From assembly GCA_011391785.1 (NCBI GenBank), contig JAABPW010000114.1:1-62227 (forward strand): 62,227 bases of DNA, given 5' to 3'. Position numbers and translations under genes: made by a program. Within the stretch, counting starts at the first letter, position 1. Each line of letters starts with the position of its first letter. The stretch comes from Verrucomicrobiota bacterium. Lineage in GTDB: Bacteria; Verrucomicrobiota; Kiritimatiellia; CAIKKV01; CAITUY01. This document shows, in pieces, positions 48,948-56,317 of the stretch. The notes below the pieces were generated by a model. It was not told the DNA's origin, searched no databases, and saw nothing but the letters and a program-made list of their open reading frames with translations.

Positions 48948-50129
48948 ATGAGACTTGTTTTTGTTCTGGTCTTGATGGCTGGCATCGCCAGCGCAGGTGA
49001 AATGCCGGCGCCGAAAGGCGCTTCCGGAGACGGGCTGAAGTTCGTCTTGCATCGTGTCGGCAAAGTGCGCAGCGAAGCGTGTTGCGTGGCGGATTTCAAC
49101 AAGGACGGCAAGCCTGATATCCTTTCCGGGGAATTCCTCTATTTGGCGCCGGACTGGACGGCTGTGAAAGTCCGGACCATCAAGGGTAGCGTTGACGACA
49201 AGGGTGACGGGTATCGCTGGGATTTTGCCAATTTGCCCCTGGATGTCGACGGGGACGGGTTGATCGATGTGATCAGCGCCGACTGGTTCGGGATGCATCT
49301 GGTGTGGTTCAGGAACACCGGGAAAGCCGGGGGCGAATGGCCTGCCACCGTTATTCACCGGGCTGGCAATTTCGAGACCGCGCATCTGGTCGACATTGAC
49401 GGTGACGGCAAGGCGCAGGAGGTGTTGTCGGCCACGACCAAAACCTTCTGGTACGAGGTTGAAAAGGGTGCCGATGGCCGGCGTGGGTTCATGACCTATG
49501 TTGTTTCCCAGAAGGACATGGAGTTTGGTGCCGGGGTTGGGGATATCAATGGGGATGGCCGCCCCGACATCATCCGCCCAAACGCCTGGTTTGAGGCTCC
49601 GGTCGACATCCGCACGGGGAAGTGGACTGAGCATCCGCTGGCGTTGGGCGCCAAGGACGGCAAAGCGGATCACACGGCGCAGATTTTCACCCTGGATGTG
49701 AACGGGGATGGCCTCAACGACATAGTCGCTTCATCCGCCCACAAGTATGGGATTTTCTGGTACGAGCAGGTGAAGAACGGCTCGGAAATCAGCTTCAAGC
49801 AGCATGTGATAGACGACACCTGGAGCCAGGCTCATAGTCCTGTGCTGGCGGATATCGATGGTTGTGGCGTGCCCGAGCTGGTGGTCGGGAAGCGATTCAG
49901 GGCCCACAACGGCAACGATCCAGACGAAGATGCCCCGCTGGGCGTGTATTATTACAAGCTGAAGAAAGGGCCTGCACCCGTGTGGACCAAACACGTGGTT
50001 TCCTACAATGAAGGCGTTGGCGCGGGGCTTTCAATTACCGTTTCAGACCTGGATGGCGACGGCGACCTGGATCTGGTTGTCACCGGAAAATGGGGCGGCC
50101 CAGCCTGGTTTGAGAACAAGTTGAAGTAA
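48948..50129 (+). CDS. FG-GAP/VCBS-repeat beta-propeller protein, secreted
   Basis: ATG at 48948 after GGGGAGGG. Signal peptide MRLVFVLVLMAGIASAG. Repeated DxDGDGxxD calcium-type loops (DVDGDGLIDV, DIDGDGKAQE, GDINGDGRPD, LDVNGDGLND, SDLDGDGDLD). Confidence 0.82.
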   Translation: MRLVFVLVLMAGIASAGEMPAPKGASGDGLKFVLHRVGKVRSEACCVADFNKDGKPDILSGEFLYLAPDWTAVKVRTIKGSVDDKGDGYRWDFANLPLDVDGDGLIDVISADWFGMHLVWFRNTGKAGGEWPATVIHRAGNFETAHLVDIDGDGKAQEVLSATTKTFWYEVEKGADGRRGFMTYVVSQKDMEFGAGVGDINGDGRPDIIRPNAWFEAPVDIRTGKWTEHPLALGAKDGKADHTAQIFTLDVNGDGLNDIVASSAHKYGIFWYEQVKNGSEISFKQHVIDDTWSQAHSPVLADIDGCGVPELVVGKRFRAHNGNDPDEDAPLGVYYYKLKKGPAPVWTKHVVSYNEGVGAGLSITVSDLDGDGDLDLVVTGKWGGPAWFENKLK

Positions 50130-50260
50130 GGTCCGCCTGCGCCCTGCGGCGGGTGCGCCTTGTTAATGTGCTCTTGTGCTTCGAAAGGATGGCGGAGAGG
50201 GTGGGATTTTCCGCCGGAGGCGGATCAGCCTTTGGCTGAGAACCCGTCGACGCAGTCGCT

Positions 50261-51557
50261 GGCTCTTGATCATTAAAGGGGGCACCTACCAAACCTAGGC
50301 TATAATGGGAGTGACAAAACAACCGTTAAGCCAAAGGAGAAGTAGATGCCCCACGAGGAGATATTATTGGGTTTGAAGGATTATGAGATCAAGAATATTG
50401 AAGGCCGCCATCAGGTGATTGTATCAGTCCGGTATACCGGACTGATACAATGCCCGCATTGCCAGGGCGAACGCCTGAGGATCAAGCACAGCTTTGTGAG
50501 GCGTGTGCGGCATGCAGACATAGGAGTGCGTCATTGTTGGCTGGAACTGGAGTCGCATAAATTTAATTGCCACACCTGTGGTCGTTATTTCAATCAGCGC
50601 TTTCCCGGGATACTGCCCAGGCGGCGCAATACCGAGGCGTTCCGCCGAGAGGTCTACCTCAAACACCTCGACGGCATTGATCGGCAGACCCTGGCGCACC
50701 GGGAACGGATTGCTCCTGCGACCGTGGAACGATGGTTTCATAACTTCCTGGAACGAGCCGTTTCCGAGCGTCAGGATGCTCCTTGCCCGCGTGTTCTGGG
50801 CATTGATGAGCATTTCTTCAGTCGCAAGAAAGGGTTCGCCACCACCTTCTGTGACCTGGAACATCACCGGGTTTACGACGTGACTCTGGGACGCTCTGAA
50901 GCCGCGCTGGAGCCTTATTTACAGAGACTTAAGGGGCGCGAGCAGGTCCGGGTGGTATGCATGGATCTGAGTGACACCTATCGCTCGATCATCCAGAAGT
51001 ATTTCCCCAATGCTCTGATCGTGGCCGACCGCTTCCATGTGATCCGCCTGATCAATCATCAGTTCCTAAACCTGTGGCGGCTTCTGGATCCCTCGGGATC
51101 CAGGAACAGGGGGTTGCTCAACCTCATGCGCCGGCATTACCACAATCTCAAGGCCGAGCAGGCCCAGCGCCTAACGGCCTATCTGCAGACGATGCCTGCC
51201 TTGAAGATCATCTATGACTTCAAGCAGCGTCTCACCAACCTGTTGTTGCTTAAACATCGCACCGCACGTCAGTGCCGCCAGCTCATCCCATCCTGGCTGG
51301 AGCACCTCCGTGAGTTGGCTTACTCCGCCTTCCCCCAGCTAGCGCAACTCGGACGGACCCTCTCCTCCTGGTCTGAGGAGATCGTCCGCATGTGGCGTTT
51401 CACCAAAAACAACGGGATCACAGAAGGCTTCCATACCAAGATGGAGATGATCTCAAGACGTGCCTTCGGATTCAGAAACTTTGACAATTACAGACTGAGA
51501 GTTAGAGTGATGTGTGCCTAGGTAAACAGCGGGTGCCCCCGTTAATGTCCGAGAGCC
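50261..51557 (+). mobile_element. ISL3-family insertion sequence (~1.3 kb) with imperfect terminal inverted repeats
   Basis: IRL is 50261 GGCTCTTGATCATTAAAGGGGGCACC. The reverse complement of the right end (ending 51557) is GGCTCTCGGACATTAACGGGGGCACC, about 21 of 26 identical. Single transposase ORF. No 8-bp target duplication is visible (flanks cagtcgct / cgtaaggg). Confidence 0.7.
50346..51521 (+). CDS. ISL3-family transposase
   Basis: 391 aa. N-terminal zinc-finger CPHC...CHTC, followed by a DDE domain layout typical of ISL3 transposases. Confidence 0.88.
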   Translation: MPHEEILLGLKDYEIKNIEGRHQVIVSVRYTGLIQCPHCQGERLRIKHSFVRRVRHADIGVRHCWLELESHKFNCHTCGRYFNQRFPGILPRRRNTEAFRREVYLKHLDGIDRQTLAHRERIAPATVERWFHNFLERAVSERQDAPCPRVLGIDEHFFSRKKGFATTFCDLEHHRVYDVTLGRSEAALEPYLQRLKGREQVRVVCMDLSDTYRSIIQKYFPNALIVADRFHVIRLINHQFLNLWRLLDPSGSRNRGLLNLMRRHYHNLKAEQAQRLTAYLQTMPALKIIYDFKQRLTNLLLLKHRTARQCRQLIPSWLEHLRELAYSAFPQLAQLGRTLSSWSEEIVRMWRFTKNNGITEGFHTKMEMISRRAFGFRNFDNYRLRVRVMCA

Positions 51558-51579
51558 CGTAAGGGCGCAGAGCGAAGGA

Positions 51580-51656
51580 TGGTCGGGGCGGCGGGATTTG
51601 AACCCACGACTTTCAGCGCCCAAGGCTGACGCGCTACCAGGCTGCGCTACACCCCG
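51580..51656 (-). tRNA. tRNA-Pro (anticodon TGG), CCA encoded
   Basis: Hand-folded cloverleaf on the minus strand: acceptor CGGGGTG/CGCCCCG, D arm GCGC-AGCCTGGTA-GCGC, anticodon arm TCAGC-CTTGGGC-GCTGA (TGG with G37), T arm GTGGG-TTCAAAT-CCCGC, then ACCA. 77 nt. Confidence 0.9.
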
Positions 51657-51710
51657 AAATTCAGAGTAGGGAAGGTACAGGCGCACCGCATAACAGTCAA
51701 GCTATCCCCC

Positions 51711-52448
51711 TCACCCCGTCACATCAAAATCACAGATCAGCGGCAGATGATCGGAATAGGTGACGGCCGGCATCTGGAAATTTCGAATCACGATTCCGGG
51801 ACTGTGCAGGATGAAGTCCAACTCCATCTTGGGCGCCCAGCTGGGATAGGTGGGTCGACCGTCGGGGCTGGCGCTTTTCAGTCCCGTGGCCGCGAGAAAA
51901 AGCTCGATCTCGGGATCGCCCCAGAAGACATTGAAATCACCCGCCAGCAAATAGGGCTTTTTCACGCCCTTCAACAGGGAATAGAGCTCGCAAAGCTGAT
52001 GCTGGCGGTGGCGGAACTTGATGGAGAGATGCACCAGGAACAGGGTTACCTGATCCAGCTCAAGCTGGATCACCAACCGCTTCACCCCGTGATCAAAGTA
52101 GAGGAACTTCTGTTCATGCATCAAATCACGGGTGAGAAAGGCATTCATCTGGCGGTTCGCCACCGGCAAAAACCGTAGCCAGGACTTGTCCCCATACTTG
52201 GATTCATACGAATGATAGTGCCCGAGAGTGCGGGCAATGCTCTCGGCCTGATTGAGCCGCTTCGACCGGAAGGAGCCGCCATCCACCTCAACGAGTCCAA
52301 CCACATCCGGATCATGTTCCCGGATGAATCCCGTAATCTTCTCCAGCACCCCACCGGTCCGCTTGAGATACCCGCAACCCGGGAACGGCAGGTGAAACTT
52401 GACGCCAACCCCCGCCCCGTATCGAACATTATAAAGCAGAAATCTCAT
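51711..52448 (-). CDS. Endonuclease/exonuclease/phosphatase (EEP) family protein
   Basis: 245 aa with N-terminal LLYNVRYG, VVGLVEVD, LLAGDFN and C-terminal SDHLPL, the typical EEP catalytic blocks. Confidence 0.8.
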   Translation of the reverse strand: MRFLLYNVRYGAGVGVKFHLPFPGCGYLKRTGGVLEKITGFIREHDPDVVGLVEVDGGSFRSKRLNQAESIARTLGHYHSYESKYGDKSWLRFLPVANRQMNAFLTRDLMHEQKFLYFDHGVKRLVIQLELDQVTLFLVHLSIKFRHRQHQLCELYSLLKGVKKPYLLAGDFNVFWGDPEIELFLAATGLKSASPDGRPTYPSWAPKMELDFILHSPGIVIRNFQMPAVTYSDHLPLICDFDVTG

Positions 52449-52562
52449 GAACCTCTTTTATACGCCATTCCAGACATACACTCAACCGGAGAAAAAGAAG
52501 CTCGAATCGGGAACGGGTATCGGATACACACTATCGCCATTGACCGCCATAAAGGAAGACCC

Positions 52563-53276
52563 ATGAAACCTGAAATCATTCTTGCCGTTGACGTGCCGTC
52601 CGCCACCGATGTCGCCCCACTCCTCGCGAAACTTCCCGATCAACTTTCCTGGTTCAAAATCGGTCTTGAGCTGTTCTCGGCGGAAGGTCCCGCCGTGCTC
52701 AACACCTTGTCCGCCCGCCGTAACCGGCGCATCTTCCTGGATCTCAAGTTTCATGATATCCCCAGAACGGTTGCCAATGCCGTCACCGCCGCCGGCAAGC
52801 TGGGCGTCAACCTGATGACCGTCCATGCCATCGGCGGACGCGCCATGCTCAAAGCTGCCGCCGAAGCCGCCGCCGCCTTCGGCCCCAACCGCCCGCGCCT
52901 GGTGGCGGTAACCACCCTCACCAGCCTGAACCAGGATGACTTCACCGACCTGGGCATCCACCGCACCGTCTCGGAGCAGGCCCTGGCGTTGACGGAGATG
53001 GCCCTGGCTTGCGGTATCGACGGGGTCGTGACATCCGTTCATGAGGCGCCCGTGCTCCGCAGGAAATTCGGATCCGCGCCCATCCTGGTTACCCCGGGCA
53101 TCCGGCCATCCGGCGCCGATGTCGGGGATCAGAAGCGGGTCGCCACCCCTGCCGTGGCCGTGGAGGCAGGAGCAACCTACCTGGTTGTGGGACGCCCCAT
53201 CGTCGAGGCCGCGGACCCCTTCAAGGCCGCCCTGGCCATCCAGGCAGAAGTGGATGCGGCCGTAGCGCGACAATAA
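52563..53276 (+). CDS. pyrF: Orotidine 5'-phosphate decarboxylase
   Basis: ATG at 52563 (MKPEIILAVDV...). DLKFHDIPRTV active-site block. ~237 aa. The longer track ORF runs antisense into the EEP gene. Confidence 0.92.
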   Translation: MKPEIILAVDVPSATDVAPLLAKLPDQLSWFKIGLELFSAEGPAVLNTLSARRNRRIFLDLKFHDIPRTVANAVTAAGKLGVNLMTVHAIGGRAMLKAAAEAAAAFGPNRPRLVAVTTLTSLNQDDFTDLGIHRTVSEQALALTEMALACGIDGVVTSVHEAPVLRRKFGSAPILVTPGIRPSGADVGDQKRVATPAVAVEAGATYLVVGRPIVEAADPFKAALAIQAEVDAAVARQ

Positions 53277-53279
53277 GGG

Positions 53280-54041
53280 TCAACCGTCGAAATCAACCCC
53301 GCCGGATTCGCGAAGGCTCACGAAATCACGGGGTTGTCCGCCCGTCCGTCGGCCCAGGATGACATGGTCAAGAACCTTGATTCCAATCACCTTGCCGGTC
53401 TGAATCAACTGGCGGGTCAGCTTGATGTCCTCCGCTGAAGGGGTTGGATCGCCTGAAGGATGATTGTGCAGGACAACCACGGCGGCACAGCCGATCTCAA
53501 TGGCAGGTTTGAATACCTCCCGCGGGTGAACGAGGCTTGAATCCAGGATCCCCCTTGATATTTCCCGGGGGTGCCCCTTGAGCCGATTCCTGGTATCAAG
53601 GTTCAAAACCCAGAACCGCTCATGATCAAGCCCGCGAACGGATTCCCTCATCACGCCGGCAACATCTTCCGGCGTCCTGACAAAACTGCCCCGCTCGTCC
53701 CGGGTTTCATCGGCCATCCGCCGTGCCAAATCCAGAGCAGCCCTGACAATCTGCGCCTTGACCCGGCCCAGTCCCTTCAAATCCTGATCCGCCATCAACT
53801 CCCCAATCGAGGCCCGCGACAGGGCGGTCAGGCTACCGTACTTGCGGAGCATCCGGTCCGCCAAATCCACCGCATTAAGCCCTTGGGCGCCTGTTCGCAA
53901 AAGAATCGCCAGCAGGACGGCATCAGAGACGTTTTCGATCCCCTGCCGGTCCACCGCCTCCCGGGGACGCATTCTGGCCGGCATATCACACACTCGGGAA
54001 CAAGGCGGAAAAACCGGAACAGGATAGTGCTCAGTGCTCAT
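53280..54041 (-). CDS. radC: RadC-family JAB/MPN domain protein
   Basis: HhH-like N-domain plus JAMM motif HNHPSGDPTPSAED. The start is uncertain (54041 or ATG 53984). Confidence 0.88.
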   Translation of the reverse strand: MSTEHYPVPVFPPCSRVCDMPARMRPREAVDRQGIENVSDAVLLAILLRTGAQGLNAVDLADRMLRKYGSLTALSRASIGELMADQDLKGLGRVKAQIVRAALDLARRMADETRDERGSFVRTPEDVAGVMRESVRGLDHERFWVLNLDTRNRLKGHPREISRGILDSSLVHPREVFKPAIEIGCAAVVVLHNHPSGDPTPSAEDIKLTRQLIQTGKVIGIKVLDHVILGRRTGGQPRDFVSLRESGGVDFDG

Positions 54042-54108
54042 ATAGAATCACTTTGCAACTAATATTAGCTGGCTACAAGAACAAAAACTAACCCAACCTA
54101 TCAGGAGG

Positions 54109-55077
54109 CTACCCTTGAACCGCAACCGGCCCGCGCGCGTCCCATTCCGCAGCGACCTTGGCGGAAATCTCGTCCAACGACAGGGATGGCTCAACGTGAA
54201 TCCAGGACACCTTTGCCTGGTGGCGGAACCATGTCATCTGGCGCTTGGCCAGTTGGCGGGTACGCTGGACCGTGAGGCGCATGGCTTCCTTCTCCGTCAC
54301 CTCACCCCTGATACAGGCACTTGCCTCCGCATAGCCAATCGCCCGGGCCGCAGTGCCGGCTGGATCCCACGACCCGGCCAGGAGGGAACGAACTTCTTCA
54401 AGCAATCCTGCGGTATACATCTCCCGCACACGGGCCTCGATACGGGCAACCAGCGCATCCCGGGAAATCTCAAGACCCGTGATGGGCATGGCGGGCATCC
54501 GGGCCGCCTGCGAACGCGGCGGAATCACACACCCCATATCCAACAGTTCAAGCGCCCGGATCAGCCGACGACTGTTGGCGTGATCGGAAACGGGCAGGGC
54601 GGCAATCCATTCCGGGCTTCTGGCGTCCAGGGCGCTCCGGAGTCCGGCCAGCCCCTCGCTCTCATAGACCGCCTGCCATTTTGCCCTGACACCGGGCTGA
54701 ACATCGGGAAGCTCATCCAGCCCGGTCAACAGCGCCCTGATGTACAACCCGGTCCCTCCCACCACAATGACAGGGCGTCCCCCGGCGGCAGCCGACTCAA
54801 AGCACCGTCGGGCCTCACCCAGGAAACGGGCCACATTGAAGGATTCCACAGGATCCACGACATCGATTCCCCAATAGCGGACCCTTTGCCGATCCGCCGG
54901 GGTGGGCTTGGCCGTCCCGAGATCCATGCCTCGATAGACAAGCATCGAGTCGGCTGAGAGGATTTCCGCCTGACGCTGCTCAGCAAGGTACTGGGCGACC
55001 GCTGTTTTTCCCGTTGCCGTGGGCCCAACCAGGAAATAGGCGCAAGTATGGGGCGCTTTCGGCATGGGACGAATCAT
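54109..55077 (-). CDS. miaA: tRNA dimethylallyltransferase
   Basis: P-loop GPTATGKT, SADSMLVYRGMDLGTAKP. Start taken at 55077, giving an ATGA overlap with the lspA stop. Confidence 0.9.
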   Translation of the reverse strand: MIRPMPKAPHTCAYFLVGPTATGKTAVAQYLAEQRQAEILSADSMLVYRGMDLGTAKPTPADRQRVRYWGIDVVDPVESFNVARFLGEARRCFESAAAGGRPVIVVGGTGLYIRALLTGLDELPDVQPGVRAKWQAVYESEGLAGLRSALDARSPEWIAALPVSDHANSRRLIRALELLDMGCVIPPRSQAARMPAMPITGLEISRDALVARIEARVREMYTAGLLEEVRSLLAGSWDPAGTAARAIGYAEASACIRGEVTEKEAMRLTVQRTRQLAKRQMTWFRHQAKVSWIHVEPSLSLDEISAKVAAEWDARGPVAVQG

Positions 55078-55535
55078 CCCGGAGATTCGGGTTTGGGGGC
55101 AAACAGGACGGAAAGCATATACAGGCCAACGCCGATGCAAATGGCGGAATCCGCGACATTGAATGCCGGAAAATGATGCGTTTGCCAGTGAAAATCGAGA
55201 AAATCAACTACATACTGGAGCCGAATCCGATCCAAAAGGTTGCCGATGATTCCCCCGATCATCATTCCCAGCGACAGGCGATGAACAAGGCTGTCGGTAA
55301 GGAAGGAGCGACGGTAGACGATCAGGACCACCAGGACCACAAAGGAAAGCGCCACGAGAAGAACATGATAGCCACCCAGCATCCCCCAAGCCGCGCCAGT
55401 GTTCCGGACATGCACAAGGTTAAAGTAGCCGGGAATGACCGGAAGGCTCTCGCCCAGATAAAAGCGCAACGTCACCTGATGCTTGGTAACCTGATCCAGG
55501 ATGACAATCGCGGCGCTTAGCAACAATACCAGCAT
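55074..55535 (-). CDS. lspA: Lipoprotein signal peptidase (signal peptidase II)
   Basis: 153 aa, 4 TM. NTGAAWG and FNVADSAI catalytic-Asp blocks. Confidence 0.92.
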   Translation of the reverse strand: MLVLLLSAAIVILDQVTKHQVTLRFYLGESLPVIPGYFNLVHVRNTGAAWGMLGGYHVLLVALSFVVLVVLIVYRRSFLTDSLVHRLSLGMMIGGIIGNLLDRIRLQYVVDFLDFHWQTHHFPAFNVADSAICIGVGLYMLSVLFAPKPESPG

Positions 55536-55546
55536 GGCGTGCGGAG

Positions 55547-56227
55547 CTATTCCGTTTCCTCGGCCTCAACGACCTCAGCCGCCTGTTCAACACCCTGGGC
55601 AAGGGATTCACCAAAGGGACGGAACCGGCTGCGCCCTTTCTCCTGCTCCGACTGGCATTTCACGCACATCCGGGCGAAGGGAAGCGCATGGAGCCTAGGC
55701 TTTTCAATCTGGCAGCTGCAGGAGTCACACACCCCGTAGACCCCATCCTCAATGCGGCGCAGGGCACTGTTGATCTCAAAGACGGAATCGTGCTCGCTGC
55801 TGACCAGATTCAAGGCGAACTCCCGGTCGAAATCATCCGTGCGATCTTCGGAGGAAGCATCATCAATGTACTTCAGCGAGTCGTCGGACAAGGCGGTAAT
55901 CTGGCCGGTCAACCGGTCCCTCATCTTGATCAGGGCGTCCTTCAGGATCCCCAGGCTCTTCTTGTCAACCTGCGACTTCACTTTCACAAGGGACGCGGTC
56001 ATTTTTTTCGCAGGGGGCAGATTCACCACGGGCTTGCCGACGACCTTCACGGCGGCTTTCACGGCGACCTTCACAACCGGCTTCTTGGAGATGACTGCCT
56101 TCTTGGCAACAACTTTCGGGGTCGTGACAACCTTTTTAGGGGCAACAACCTTCTTCGTGGTCGCCTTAATTTTCTGCACCACGGGCTTCTTCACCGCATT
56201 TTTTGTCTTTACCGTTTTTGTTGCCAT
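55547..56227 (-). CDS. DksA/TraR-family C4 zinc-finger protein with a ~75 aa Lys/Val/Ala/Pro-rich N-terminal extension
   Basis: The C-terminal half has a coiled-coil region plus CDSC-N17-CVKC. The N-terminus is KKPVV/KKVV/VKVAVKAAVKVV repeats resembling histone-H1-like basic tails. Confidence 0.78.
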   Translation of the reverse strand: MATKTVKTKNAVKKPVVQKIKATTKKVVAPKKVVTTPKVVAKKAVISKKPVVKVAVKAAVKVVGKPVVNLPPAKKMTASLVKVKSQVDKKSLGILKDALIKMRDRLTGQITALSDDSLKYIDDASSEDRTDDFDREFALNLVSSEHDSVFEINSALRRIEDGVYGVCDSCSCQIEKPRLHALPFARMCVKCQSEQEKGRSRFRPFGESLAQGVEQAAEVVEAEETE

Positions 56228-56317
56228 AAATTCACCAGCCCTTCAATAAATCCTTTCCCTGCCCGGGAAAAAGCTCGCCTAAATATCAAACGAATCTTTG
56301 CCTGTCAACCCCGCCCC

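Noticed and set aside
47803-49673. 255 aa (+) and 256 aa (-) ORFs overlapping the Gfo/Idh/MocA and FG-GAP genes
   Set aside because: Antisense shadow frames. The annotated strands carry the TAT signal and Rossmann motif, and the repeated DxDGDG loops, respectively.
50080-50322. 80 aa minus-strand ORF spanning the FG-GAP 3' end and the IS left end
   Set aside because: It crosses a gene end, an intergenic scar and the IS inverted repeat. It has no coding signature.
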